Shown: piece by piece, positions 47,762-57,690 of the stretch
How the letters are laid out: each line of letters opens with the position of its first letter
How positions within the stretch are numbered: position 1 is the first letter of the stretch
From: Oscillospiraceae bacterium
GTDB lineage: Bacteria > Bacillota > Clostridia > Oscillospirales > Oscillospiraceae
Reading direction: 5' to 3'
NCBI GenBank assembly: GCA_015067995.1
Contig: SVLJ01000015.1
Span: 511-64,510, forward strand
DNA length: 64,000 nt
Position numbers and translations under genes: made by a program
Notes under the pieces: generated by a model
Database searches by the model: none
Told to the model about the DNA's origin: nothing
Seen by the model: the letters and a program-made list of their open reading frames with translations, nothing else

Positions 47762-50050
47762 ATGGGTATTGTTGCGGCATTTGATAAAGTGTTATTTTTT
47801 AACGCTGCCAGCAAATACTCTGTCCTGCGGCTCAAGACCGCAGACATTATGATTCCGCAGGAAGCACGCAGCCCATTTACTTACCGCGATCACCTGATCC
47901 GGTTCGTTGCAGTAGGCTATGACCTGCCTCAGACCGATGCCGTGAACTTCGAGTATGACGGCACCTGGACGAAGGGCACGCATGGTTGTCAGCTGCAGGT
48001 TGAGCGGTGGAGCGAGATCATTCCGCCAACGCTTGAAGGTATCCGGGGTTATCTGGCGTCCGGCCTTTTGAAAGGCATTGGAGAAAAGACGGCTGATGCC
48101 ATCGTCCTGCGCTTTGGGCTCAAGTCTTTGGATGTGATTGAAAACCATCCAGAGAAGCTGTTGGAGATTCGAGGTATTACGGAAGATAGGCTGGAGGACA
48201 TCAAGAACGGCTATGCGGAGAGCAAAGTCATGCGTGACCTGATGACCATTCTGGCCCCGTTCAAGGTCACCCCTGCAACGGCGATGAAGATCTATCAGCA
48301 CTTCGGCCCTGGCGGTGTTTCTCTGATACGGCAAAGTCCGTATCGCCTCTGCCAGATTCCCGGCTTTGGTTTCCGCAGAGTAGATGCCATCGTTCAGAAA
48401 TCGGGCGGAAACCTTCACGACCCCATGCGCGTACAGGGAGCCCTGTTCTATGCGCTGGAGCGGTCCCGAAGTGAAGGCGGCCACCTCTATGTTGAGGCGG
48501 AGAATCTGATCCGAAGCACGCTGCTGCTCCTGAACGAAAAAATCCCCCCGACCGAGGGGAGATTGAGTCAGCAGCAAATCGAGAAGGAATTGAGCAATAT
48601 GATTTTGTCTGATGTGGTGGTATCCAATAAGGGCAATATCTACCTGCCCCATGTGTTCAAACAGGAGAGCGAGACCGCCTGTAAGGTCGTAAAGATGCTG
48701 TTGGAGGAACCCGAACCGGTCGATCTGACACCCGTGTTGGAGCGGGTCAAGGGACAACTCGGCATCATCCTCTCCCAGCGTCAGAGCGAAGGTGTAGAGA
48801 TGGCGTTCAGGCATAACCTGTCCATTATCACCGGCGGCCCCGGCACTGGTAAAAGTACCATCCTGAAAGCCGTGATCGAGGCCTATCGCAGTCTCTACCC
48901 GAGGAAGAATATCATGCTTGGCGCACCCACGGGCAAAGCCAGTCGCCGCATGGCGGAAACAACCGGCCTTGCTACCGCGCAGACGCTGCACAGCCTTTTG
49001 GGCCTGCATGGTGAAGATGCCGGATGGCAGAAGAAAAAACCGCTGGAAGCAGACCTGCTCATTGTGGATGAGTCATCCATGATGGATATGTGGCTTGCAT
49101 ACCAGCTCTTTGCCCGTATTGCACCCGGAACAAAAGTGCTGCTGGTTGGTGACGCTGACCAGCTTGAAAGTGTGGGTGCCGGCAATGTGTTTCACGAGTT
49201 GATCAACAGCGGTCTTGTTCCTGTTACGGTTCTCAATGAGATTTTCCGTCAGGCAAAGGACAGCCTGATTGCTTACAACGCCAAGTTCATCAATGAGGAA
49301 AACAGCAACCTCTACTATGGCCCTGACTTCGCATTCATTAAGGCGGAAAGCCAGACAGAGGTAGCAGAACTGATCCGAAGCCTATACCGTCAGGAAATTG
49401 CGCAAAGCGGTATGGAGCAGGTACAGATCCTTTCCCCCTTCCGCTCTGAAGGAGAAGCTTCTTCCAATGGCCTTAACGAGGCCATCCGAGATGAGGTCAA
49501 TCCTGCGGCGGAGGAAATCCCGGAGGTCATATTCGGCGGGAAGCTATTCCGGCTGAATGACCGAGTTATGCAGACGAAAAATAACTACGATGTAGCCCTG
49601 TTTGACCGCAACGGGAAAAAAGTTGCCATGGGTGTTTTCAATGGCGACATTGGAACCATTTGCGGGATCAAGGAAAAGACAGTCACAATCAACTTCGATG
49701 GCCGTTATGCAAACTACCCGCTAGAAAGCCTGACCGAATTGGAATTGTCTTATGCTATGACCATCCATAAGGCTATGGGCAGTGAGTACGACACGGTCAT
49801 CATTCCTATGCTGCCGGCACACAAGATCCTCTTGACCCGGAATCTGATCTATACCGCTATTACCCGTGCCAAGCGCAGAGTGCTGTTGGTCGGTCAGAAA
49901 AAAGCCCTGTTCATGGCGATCCACAAGACCAACAAAGGTAAACGCAATACCCTGCTGGGTGAGAGAATGACGCTTTACTACAAGGCGCTTACGCATAGCG
50001 ATCCCCCGATCAGTCAGTCTGGGGACGAACAACTGAAAAAAGCCAGTTGA
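47762..50050 (+). CDS. RecD-like SF1B DNA helicase (RecD2/TraA-like)
   Basis: N-terminal HhH region (GIGEKTADAIV), Walker A GGPGTGKST and Walker B LLIVDESSM. The C-terminal signature is YAMTIHKAMGSEYDTVI...TAITRAKRRVLLVG. Confidence 0.9.
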   Translation: MGIVAAFDKVLFFNAASKYSVLRLKTADIMIPQEARSPFTYRDHLIRFVAVGYDLPQTDAVNFEYDGTWTKGTHGCQLQVERWSEIIPPTLEGIRGYLASGLLKGIGEKTADAIVLRFGLKSLDVIENHPEKLLEIRGITEDRLEDIKNGYAESKVMRDLMTILAPFKVTPATAMKIYQHFGPGGVSLIRQSPYRLCQIPGFGFRRVDAIVQKSGGNLHDPMRVQGALFYALERSRSEGGHLYVEAENLIRSTLLLLNEKIPPTEGRLSQQQIEKELSNMILSDVVVSNKGNIYLPHVFKQESETACKVVKMLLEEPEPVDLTPVLERVKGQLGIILSQRQSEGVEMAFRHNLSIITGGPGTGKSTILKAVIEAYRSLYPRKNIMLGAPTGKASRRMAETTGLATAQTLHSLLGLHGEDAGWQKKKPLEADLLIVDESSMMDMWLAYQLFARIAPGTKVLLVGDADQLESVGAGNVFHELINSGLVPVTVLNEIFRQAKDSLIAYNAKFINEENSNLYYGPDFAFIKAESQTEVAELIRSLYRQEIAQSGMEQVQILSPFRSEGEASSNGLNEAIRDEVNPAAEEIPEVIFGGKLFRLNDRVMQTKNNYDVALFDRNGKKVAMGVFNGDIGTICGIKEKTVTINFDGRYANYPLESLTELELSYAMTIHKAMGSEYDTVIIPMLPAHKILLTRNLIYTAITRAKRRVLLVGQKKALFMAIHKTNKGKRNTLLGERMTLYYKALTHSDPPISQSGDEQLKKAS

Positions 50051-50052
50051 AA

Positions 50053-50092
50053 TGAGATGAAATGCAGAATGGAGCATTTTCATCTCTTATTT
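50053..50092 (+). terminator. hairpin plus T-run after the helicase gene
   Basis: GAGATGAAA...TTTCATCTC followed by TTATTTTATTT. Confidence 0.55.
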
Positions 50093-50115
50093 TATTTATG
50101 AAGGGAGCAAACGAA

Positions 50116-51216
50116 ATGAACTACCCCACCAATGCTGTTATCAACTCTGTCCCGGCTGCCAGCGAACTGCGTAAAGTCGCTGGTTTTAATCCGCTGAAAT
50201 TCCTGCGTCGGACAACTTCCGAGCGTACCGGCGAGAAAGTGCTGAAACTGGACTTGTCCTATAAGCGGCTGTGGTTCCGACTGGCCTGCCCCAACGGCAG
50301 AATGGTTGTTAAGCCGCTTCGGGTCAATGACCAGATGGCAGTCTTTGAGGCCATGGTCTATGCCAGCAAGGATGATCCGGAACCTTTGGCTCGTTTTACT
50401 TCCACGGTGTCTGCACAGGAAGTTCCGGACGGTAAATTCGTTCAGGCTGCGCAGGACGCAGCACTCAACGAAGCTCTGGAGAACGCGGGATTTGGTATCC
50501 AGCTTTGTGACCTTGTGGAAGGTGCCGGTACTGCCCGATACGGCTCTGAGGTGCCGCTGTCCGCAGTCATAGAAGCTCGTAATGCCGCACCTGCACAGCC
50601 GCAGGCAATCAAGCAGTCTGCTCCGGTTGCCGAGGTGAGAAGTGCGGAGACCAAGACGGCGCCTGCGCAGACTCCCAGTACTGCGCCGAAAGCTGTAGAA
50701 GCGGCGAAACCCGTGGTAGCAGAAACCCCTGTTTCCGCGCCTGAACCCGTCACTCAGTCGATTGAGGCCGCACCTGTCATGCAGGAACAGCCCGCAGAGC
50801 AGCAGGCGCCTGATATGAGCGCCATGAACGAGCTGCTGGGCAAGCAGTCTTCTGCTGTTGTGACGGACTTCCCGATGTCTGCCCCTGCGGCTCAGGAAGA
50901 AGTGGCTGTTGCTGCGGAACCCCAGGCACCTGCCATTGCTGTTCCCGAAGAGCCCGCTGCGCCTGCTGCAGAGCCTGCGGCCCCCGGCTATACGCCCGAC
51001 ATGACCGTTGAGGAGATCTGTGAGCGCATGACGCTGGATGAAGCACGCAACTATGTGGTGAACAGCGGCGTTTGCAAGGGCTGGACTTTGGCACAGGTTG
51101 CCGAGCGCAGAGCGCCCAGCCTGCGGTTCTATGTTTTCTCTGATAATGGCGACAATGTGCTCAAGGCAGCCGCTACTCTCGTTTTGAATGACATGGGTAT
51201 GCGCAAAGCCGGATAA
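50116..51216 (+). CDS. putative single-strand annealing protein (Rad52/Sak-like N-domain) with Ala/Pro-rich linker and conserved C-terminal tail
   Basis: Trimmed to MNYPTNAVIN with RBS AAGGGAG. YKRLWFRLACPNGRMV...KFVQAAQDAALNEALENAGFGIQL resembles the Rad52-type annealing fold. Its position next to a YqaJ exonuclease supports this. No search was run. Confidence 0.4.
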   Translation: MNYPTNAVINSVPAASELRKVAGFNPLKFLRRTTSERTGEKVLKLDLSYKRLWFRLACPNGRMVVKPLRVNDQMAVFEAMVYASKDDPEPLARFTSTVSAQEVPDGKFVQAAQDAALNEALENAGFGIQLCDLVEGAGTARYGSEVPLSAVIEARNAAPAQPQAIKQSAPVAEVRSAETKTAPAQTPSTAPKAVEAAKPVVAETPVSAPEPVTQSIEAAPVMQEQPAEQQAPDMSAMNELLGKQSSAVVTDFPMSAPAAQEEVAVAAEPQAPAIAVPEEPAAPAAEPAAPGYTPDMTVEEICERMTLDEARNYVVNSGVCKGWTLAQVAERRAPSLRFYVFSDNGDNVLKAAATLVLNDMGMRKAG

Positions 51217-51254
51217 CAGTTGAACTGCCGCAAGGCAGGGAGAGATGGAAGGAG

Positions 51255-52952
51255 TTGGTTCCTATAGATTCCAGGGACTTCCCCTTTACCATCATGGATG
51301 TGGCCTCCCTCCTCCGCCTGAACATCAGGCGGAGGGGGCCGGGTCACGTTTATGCGGATTGTCCTATCTGCGGTGACCGCCGTGGCAAGATGAATATGAA
51401 TCTGGCGAAGAATGTCTGGCGCTGCAACTACTGCAATGAAGGCGGCGGAATGCTGGCGCTGTATGCCAAAGTCTATGGCATCAGCAACTCAGACGCCTAT
51501 CGTGAAATCTGTGAGACACTCCAGACAGAGGGATTTGCACCGGAGTACACGGTAACAGCGCAGACACAGCCTGCCGAACAGCCGCAGTCGGAACGAGCCT
51601 CCGTACAGGAGATCCATCAGACCTACTCCATGCTGCTCGCTATGTTGTCACTGTCACCGGCCCATCAGGAACATCTGCGCATCAAGCGCGGATTGTCCAG
51701 TGAGCAGATCGAACGGTTTGGCTTCAAAAGCACACCGCCGCCCTATCTCTGTCGCTCGATTACGGAACGGCTGATGAAGCAGGGATGTACGGTCAAGGGA
51801 GTCCCAGGGTTCTATGTAAATGACAAAGGCCACTGGACAGTCAAGTTTCACCAGAGAACTGCTGGATTTCTGATCCCTGTCCGTGGTGTGGACGGACTGA
51901 TTCACGGTATTCAGATTCGCCTCAACCACCCAATCAAAGATGAAAACGACCCACCGGAAAAGGAAGGGACAAAGTATCTGTGGCTCTCCTCCAGCGGAAA
52001 GAACATGGGTACATCTTCCGGCAGCCCGGTACATTTCATCGGTGACCCCTGTGCCCGTGTGGTGTATGTCATTGAGGGTGGATTGAAAGCGTATATCTGC
52101 CATGCCTTAATGGGACGGACCTTTGTGGCAACAGCAGGTGCCAACAATGTGTCACAGCTGGATGCTCTGTTCGCCTTTCTGCAAAAGAATGGCACAGAGG
52201 AGATCATCGAAGCAGAAGATATGGATAAATACCGCAACGCGATGGTTGATAAAGGTGCATCCAAAATCTATTTGATGGCAAGAAAATATGGCCTGAACTG
52301 CCGCCGGTTAACCTGGAACCCGAACTATAAGGGTATGGATGACTGGCAGCTTGCTCTGCGCCGAAAAAAGACAGAAACGAAGGAGGATCAGAGAATGAAT
52401 TTCAAGGAGCAATACCTATCGGGTCTTTGTGGTATCGACCACATTGATGCCTGTATTGAGCAATGGCACCAACTGCCTGAAGATGGTGTACGGCTGACCG
52501 ACTATCTGGGCCTGACCCAGCAGGAATACGATGTGTTTCTGCAGACCGATTTGTCTACCACCTTTCAGCAGATTCTGGACGGCCAGCGCCGCCATCAGAG
52601 ATTTCGGATCTACCAGTTGGACTTTGAGGACGGTAAGACAAAGCCTTTCGCATTTTCTGGCATTGACGCCCTGCATAAGGCCGGCTATGAACAACCGCCT
52701 GCATCTGAATATCGTCTTGTGCACGATGGCGAGTTGATCTGCCCCAAGGAGCAAGCTGCAGATGAGGTGCTGGCAACGCTGGTTCAGCGATTCAGCAGCA
52801 CTCTTCCGGAGCATTATGCCGGTCGCAGCATCTCCGCTTCCGATGTGGTCGAGTTGTATGGGAATGACGGCAGAAGCTATTTCTACCGAGACATATCATC
52901 TTTCGTACCGGTCAAGTTTTCTCCCATGCTGGCAAAGCCGATGAGAAAATGA
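51255..52952 (+). CDS. polyvalent primase-like protein: Zn-ribbon + Toprim + YodL-like C-terminal domain
   Basis: Zinc ribbon CPICGDRRGKMNMN...WRCNYCNEGGG. Toprim acidic motifs are VIEGGLKA and EAEDMDKYRN. The C-terminal part is FRIYQLDFEDGKTKPFAF...GRSISASDVVELYGNDGRSYFY. The start codon is uncertain. Confidence 0.7.
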   Translation: MVPIDSRDFPFTIMDVASLLRLNIRRRGPGHVYADCPICGDRRGKMNMNLAKNVWRCNYCNEGGGMLALYAKVYGISNSDAYREICETLQTEGFAPEYTVTAQTQPAEQPQSERASVQEIHQTYSMLLAMLSLSPAHQEHLRIKRGLSSEQIERFGFKSTPPPYLCRSITERLMKQGCTVKGVPGFYVNDKGHWTVKFHQRTAGFLIPVRGVDGLIHGIQIRLNHPIKDENDPPEKEGTKYLWLSSSGKNMGTSSGSPVHFIGDPCARVVYVIEGGLKAYICHALMGRTFVATAGANNVSQLDALFAFLQKNGTEEIIEAEDMDKYRNAMVDKGASKIYLMARKYGLNCRRLTWNPNYKGMDDWQLALRRKKTETKEDQRMNFKEQYLSGLCGIDHIDACIEQWHQLPEDGVRLTDYLGLTQQEYDVFLQTDLSTTFQQILDGQRRHQRFRIYQLDFEDGKTKPFAFSGIDALHKAGYEQPPASEYRLVHDGELICPKEQAADEVLATLVQRFSSTLPEHYAGRSISASDVVELYGNDGRSYFYRDISSFVPVKFSPMLAKPMRK

Positions 52953-53200
52953 CCATGGACGTAAAGAAGATGGAGCAGTTGGAAGCAATGCTGACTACTT
53001 GCCGTGACCTGGGGATCGATGTGCGATACCGCCCGGAATACGGACATTTTACAGCGATGGTCTGGGAAGGCTGGGACCACTCTTACAATGAGGATCTGGC
53101 CCGCTCTATCCAGGAAACAATCAAAGAACAGACAGCTCAGTACCCGAACCTTGTGTGCTATTGTTTTGACCCGTTCAGCACACTGGTTTATACGGTCTGA
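52949..53200 (+). CDS. hypothetical protein
   Basis: 83-aa ORF whose start overlaps the upstream stop (ATGA). Same strand and composition as its neighbours. Confidence 0.5.
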   Translation: MTMDVKKMEQLEAMLTTCRDLGIDVRYRPEYGHFTAMVWEGWDHSYNEDLARSIQETIKEQTAQYPNLVCYCFDPFSTLVYTV

Positions 53201-53213
53201 GGCTACATGAAGA

Positions 53214-53250
53214 AAGGGACGCAGTTGGCAAGAGCCATGCTGTGTCCCTT
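53214..53250 (+). terminator. hairpin plus T-tract between sub-operons
   Basis: GGGACGCAG...CTGTGTCCC followed by TTTTCACTT. Confidence 0.5.
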
Positions 53251-53277
53251 TTCACTTATTAAAAAGGAGGTTTTTCA

Positions 53278-54171
53278 ATGGGAATCTTTGCTGAGATGGA
53301 TATGATGCAGCGCAACGGAGACGATCCGTTTTCCGCTGATACGGAGCAGCCGGCTTTTGGTGAGCCGGAAACCATGTGCGATACGCAGTCGGCCTTTGCA
53401 CCCGATGTTGCGCCAGAAACCGAGCCAGAACCGACACCTGCAATGCCTGAAATATCTGCGGCACCTGTTGCGGAGAAAGCGGAAGATCAGGCATCAAAGG
53501 ATGACGATGAGGAGGCCAAACGGCTCGCCCATGAAGAGGCGGAAGCCAAGCGCAAAGCAGAATTCGAAGCCCGGCAGAAGGCCAAAAAGGATGCCGAGCA
53601 GGCCCAGCTTGCGCGAATCGCATCCATGACAGAACAGGAACTGATGGCGGAATCCATGAAGCGCATCAGCACAGACACAGAGCGATTGACCCGACGCAAT
53701 ATGAAGGAATGTATTTCCGAGCATATTCAAACGCTGTGCCTGTCTGACCGGGCCTTTGCAGAGCGGGTCATGCATCCTCGCAAGACTATGATCCACTGTA
53801 TCTGGTACATCAACCGGAAAGCACAGGAGTTTGTCGAGCAGGAAATGAAGGACAACGGCATTAAGCCTGACCGCAACGGTATCTATGGCTGTGACGTACC
53901 GGACGATCTCTGCTATCAGTGGGCGGAAGACTACTTCAACGACCCCAACGCCAAGGAGGATCAGGAAGAGGAAGAAAAGTTTGTGCCCAAGCCCTACGTC
54001 GGCAAGAGCAAGACACCTTCCAAAACTGCTGCCAAGGGTAAAGGCAAGAAAGATGCTGCAAAGTCAACTGCGGAGAAAAAGCCTGTGGACAAGAAACCCG
54101 AGCAGCCCAAAACGGCTGATGTAGGTCAAATGACGCTGGGTGATTTCGGAATGTTGGGGGCAAGTGCATGA
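53278..54171 (+). CDS. PcfK-like / AcrIIA9-family-like protein
   Basis: Charged coiled-coil N-terminal half. The core HPRKTMIHCIWYINRKAQEFVE...GIYGCDVPDDLCYQWAEDYFND is followed by a Lys-rich tail. This resembles PcfK-like proteins of conjugative elements, from recollection. Confidence 0.5.
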   Translation: MGIFAEMDMMQRNGDDPFSADTEQPAFGEPETMCDTQSAFAPDVAPETEPEPTPAMPEISAAPVAEKAEDQASKDDDEEAKRLAHEEAEAKRKAEFEARQKAKKDAEQAQLARIASMTEQELMAESMKRISTDTERLTRRNMKECISEHIQTLCLSDRAFAERVMHPRKTMIHCIWYINRKAQEFVEQEMKDNGIKPDRNGIYGCDVPDDLCYQWAEDYFNDPNAKEDQEEEEKFVPKPYVGKSKTPSKTAAKGKGKKDAAKSTAEKKPVDKKPEQPKTADVGQMTLGDFGMLGASA

Positions 54172-54719
54172 TGATTGCCTACAAAGGATTTGAACCCGGC
54201 TTAATTTGCCGAGGATACCATTTTGTGATGGGGCTGAACATTACCGATAAGGCTAATTGCAGAGCCAACGGCTTCCATTGTGCGGAAGATCCGTTGGACT
54301 GCCTGACCTACTACTCCGATATGGAGCATTCGGAATACTATCTGGTCAATGCCGGTGGTGATGTGGATGAGGATGAACACGATTCCAAGATTTCCTGTAC
54401 GGAGCTGACGATCCTGCGTAAGCTCAGCCGCACAGAGTTCTTTCTCCATGCGCTGGCGTACATGGTGGATCATCCGAAACGGAAGTGGAACAGCAAAGTC
54501 AACGAAGAAACCGGAGAAGCAAGTTGTGGTTATGCCGTTGTGCGTGGCATCGACCCCAAAGCCAGTGGGCAAATGGGCGATGTCCTTGCACTTGCCAAAG
54601 AAGATCCGCGTACCGGAAAAATCATTCAGGTTGGGCTGACCCAAGTGGATGGTATCAAGGTGCTGCCCGGAAAGTGGTACGACATTGACTTCTCTGAAAG
54701 AGAGGTGATTTTGACATGA
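54168..54719 (+). CDS. conserved phage/ICE protein (DUF7666-like)
   Basis: MMIAYKGFEPGLICRGYHFVMGLN...NGFHCAEDPLDCLTYY matches the KGF...C...GFH.C..PLD pattern I associate with that family. Confidence 0.4.
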   Translation: MMIAYKGFEPGLICRGYHFVMGLNITDKANCRANGFHCAEDPLDCLTYYSDMEHSEYYLVNAGGDVDEDEHDSKISCTELTILRKLSRTEFFLHALAYMVDHPKRKWNSKVNEETGEASCGYAVVRGIDPKASGQMGDVLALAKEDPRTGKIIQVGLTQVDGIKVLPGKWYDIDFSEREVILT

Positions 54720-56887
54720 AAAAGAATGACCTGCTTACACTTCCTATCCTAAAAGCGACGCCTGCCATGATGCGTATGGCCGCAGAGGATATCCCCAAGA
54801 AGACGACCTATAAATACTGGAACGGCAGCTATACCCGGGAAGAGAGCAAATACGACTTGTTCATGCGCGGCGCTGTCCGTGAGGACATTTTGCTCGTTGC
54901 ACTCTATCTCCCCAAGAGTATGCGTCTGGGCAGCCGAATGCCTGCGTATACCGTGTTCATGGATAAGAAAGCGGACAGCTGGATTACCTATGACTATGAG
55001 AAAAAGCGCTGGCTGACTGCAAAGCTGGATCGTCTCTTTTGGGAAGAGTCTTATTACGTGCGTACTGCCCGGTGGATCTCGGAAAAGGATGCCAAGATAG
55101 TTCTGAACTATCTCGGAACCCAGACTGGTGATTACTGGGGCATCCTAAAATACCAGCAGGGTGTTCGTGCCGACGAGCTGAAAGTGCGCCATCGCCGCGA
55201 GACAGACCCGTGGGACGCAGATCTCTCCCAGACACCCGCAAAGCCCAAGGATTGGGACAAGTGGGTTGGCAAGGTCGGCATCCCAGAGCACTTCATCTTC
55301 TACCAGTACAGCAAGAAGGGCGCGAAAACGGGATACTGCTCCTACTGTGAAAAGGATGTCCCCATCCGGGAACCCAAACACAACAAAGAGGGGCGCTGTC
55401 CCTGCTGCCGGCATAAAATCACATTTAAGTCCATGGGTAAGGCCGGCACGATTGATACCAAGGACCATTTAGTGTATCTGATGCAGCGGTGCAAGGATGG
55501 TATGATGCTTCGGCTGTTCAAAGCCAGCAGACGCTATCGAAAGGGCGACTATAAGAATCCCAGTCAGTGCGCCTTTGAAATTCGCCGTGTGATCTATGAC
55601 CGCTACGGCTATCCGCTTCGCGCCTACTACTGGGATGTCTACCGTCAGACAAATACCCGGTGGATCAAGGGCGGGCACATGAGTGCCACGGCCTATTACT
55701 ATCACGACTACAATGGCCGTGTCTATGGCAAAACTTTGCCCGACCTGATGCGACGCGGGCTCAGCAGAACAGGATTCATGGAGTATCTGAAACGCAAAGT
55801 TACAGTTGACCCTGAACGATACTTTATTGTTCTCAAGGGATTGCCCCAGATGGAGATGTTCTCGAAAGCTGGTCTGCCCAGACTGACAGACGAGTGCTTG
55901 CATCCCTCCTACGATTTTAGGGAAACGCTTCGTCTCCGTGACGGTACCAGCTTGACGAAAATCCTGGGCATTGATGCGCAGGAACTCAAACGTCTGCGTG
56001 AAAACAATGGTGGCACAGAGTTTCTGAACTGGCTCCAATATGAGAAGTCCACAGATAAGGAGATCCCCGACAAGGTGATCACCTGGTTCTGTGAACACAA
56101 GCTCAAGAGTGGTGACTTCAAGTTTATTGCTGACCGCATGAGCATGGTGCAGATCTACAACTACCTTCGCCGCAACATGAGCAAAGAGCAGATGGAGTGC
56201 CGTGAGGTCATCACGACATGGGCAGACTATCTCTCCATGGCCACCCGTTTTGGAATGGACACATCGGACGAGATCGTGTACCGCCCCACCAAGTTGAAGC
56301 TGCGGCACGACGAGTTGGCGGCCCGTAGTATCAGCAAGGATATTGCGATACAGGCTGGCGAGGTTTTGCAGAAATTCCCCCATGTGGAGATGATCTGTAA
56401 GTCCCTTGCCAGAAAGTACGAATATGCCGGTAAAGACTATGTGATCAAAGCTCCCTCCAATATTGAGGAGATCATTGTGGAGGGCAATAACCTTCACCAT
56501 TGCATAGCCAACAGCGACCGCTACTGGGAACGCATTGAGCGGCATGAGAGCTATCTTCTGTTCCTGCGTAAAGCGGATGAGCCGGAGCAGGCCTACTACA
56601 CCATGGAGATTGAACCTGGCGGCACTGTGCGTCAGATTCGTACCTACTATGACCGTCAGAACAAGGACATTGATAAGGCCAGAGCGTTCCTTTGTGAATG
56701 GCAGGCTGAAGTGACCAAGCGCCTGACGGAAGATGACCGCAAGAAGGCCAAGAAAAGCCGTGTGCTCCGTGAGCAGGAGTTCATCCAGCTGCGCAACGAC
56801 CAGGTGAAGATCCATACCGGACATCTGGCCGGACGCCTGCTGGTGGAAGTGCTGACTGCCGACCTCATGGAAAATGTGGCCGCGTAA
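54716..56887 (+). CDS. PcfJ-like protein
   Basis: 723 aa with an internal zinc ribbon, CSYCEKDVPI...CPCCRHK. The C-terminal PcfJ signature is EGNNLHHCIANSDRYWERIERHESYLLFLRKADEPEQAYYTMEIEPGGTVRQIRTYYDRQN. Confidence 0.75.
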   Translation: MKKNDLLTLPILKATPAMMRMAAEDIPKKTTYKYWNGSYTREESKYDLFMRGAVREDILLVALYLPKSMRLGSRMPAYTVFMDKKADSWITYDYEKKRWLTAKLDRLFWEESYYVRTARWISEKDAKIVLNYLGTQTGDYWGILKYQQGVRADELKVRHRRETDPWDADLSQTPAKPKDWDKWVGKVGIPEHFIFYQYSKKGAKTGYCSYCEKDVPIREPKHNKEGRCPCCRHKITFKSMGKAGTIDTKDHLVYLMQRCKDGMMLRLFKASRRYRKGDYKNPSQCAFEIRRVIYDRYGYPLRAYYWDVYRQTNTRWIKGGHMSATAYYYHDYNGRVYGKTLPDLMRRGLSRTGFMEYLKRKVTVDPERYFIVLKGLPQMEMFSKAGLPRLTDECLHPSYDFRETLRLRDGTSLTKILGIDAQELKRLRENNGGTEFLNWLQYEKSTDKEIPDKVITWFCEHKLKSGDFKFIADRMSMVQIYNYLRRNMSKEQMECREVITTWADYLSMATRFGMDTSDEIVYRPTKLKLRHDELAARSISKDIAIQAGEVLQKFPHVEMICKSLARKYEYAGKDYVIKAPSNIEEIIVEGNNLHHCIANSDRYWERIERHESYLLFLRKADEPEQAYYTMEIEPGGTVRQIRTYYDRQNKDIDKARAFLCEWQAEVTKRLTEDDRKKAKKSRVLREQEFIQLRNDQVKIHTGHLAGRLLVEVLTADLMENVAA

Positions 56888-56948
56888 ATGAAAAGAGCCT
56901 GGTGCGTCCGAGCGGATGCACCAGGCCACGATAAAGGAGAATGATTGT

Positions 56949-57125
56949 ATGACAGAACATGAATATCAGCTGATCCAGGAAGGACTCCACAAGAAGCTCA
57001 ACAAGCACACCCAACTCAGTAATCGTGAGGAAGGTTATAACAACGGCATTCTGTGCGCCATGTCCAAAGTACGAGAAATCTACAAACGATATGGCGCGGC
57101 ACCGACTGGAGGTGTGAAGCAGTGA
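56949..57125 (+). CDS. hypothetical small protein
   Basis: 58 aa from MTEHEYQLIQEGL, with AAAGGAGA RBS 8 nt upstream. Confidence 0.5.
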   Translation: MTEHEYQLIQEGLHKKLNKHTQLSNREEGYNNGILCAMSKVREIYKRYGAAPTGGVKQ

Positions 57126-57370
57126 AACAGCTTGGCAACCTTGCCATTGTCTGCGCTAAGCGCCCGGAGGTGCTGATGCAGATACACGGCGGCATCGTGA
57201 CCGTTCACGTCGGCTGCGGGCCGGAACGAGCCAGTCTGCATACTGCTTGGGACGATGACGCAGGAGTTTCCCGCATTGTCCATGAGCTCAACTTTGGGAA
57301 ATACCGTGAGATGAAAACCAAGATGGTACAGGTAGGTACTGTCTGCGAAAGAAAGGAAGTGGCAGCATGA
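57122..57370 (+). CDS. hypothetical small protein
   Basis: GTG start overlaps the previous stop (GTGA), preceded by GGAGGTG. 82 aa. Confidence 0.45.
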   Translation: MKQLGNLAIVCAKRPEVLMQIHGGIVTVHVGCGPERASLHTAWDDDAGVSRIVHELNFGKYREMKTKMVQVGTVCERKEVAA

Positions 57371-57690
57371 TTGAAAATCTGAACCAGCTGAAACGCGAGT
57401 TTCAGAAGAACCCCCGTTTTGAGATCATCGACCATTGGAAAAAAGAATGTGTCGGTGAGGTACGCAAGGTCGTCGCCGTGAATACCGTCAGCTTCCACAG
57501 CGTGGTGGATGGTCAGCCTGAGCATAAGAACAGTCAGGCAAACGGCGGAAAGGGCGTTGTCCTCTGGTGGGAAAAGGCCGCAGACTGGGCATTTCAGAAC
57601 GGCGTTTGCTCCGTCTATTTCAAAGGCAAGGAGCATGTGCATGAGAATCTGATTATGTCCTTCCGCCTGCTCCCCGAGGAGGTGGCGTAA
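57367..57690 (+). CDS. hypothetical protein
   Basis: 107 aa. Its start overlaps the previous stop and its stop overlaps the ligA start. Confidence 0.5.
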   Translation: MIENLNQLKREFQKNPRFEIIDHWKKECVGEVRKVVAVNTVSFHSVVDGQPEHKNSQANGGKGVVLWWEKAADWAFQNGVCSVYFKGKEHVHENLIMSFRLLPEEVA

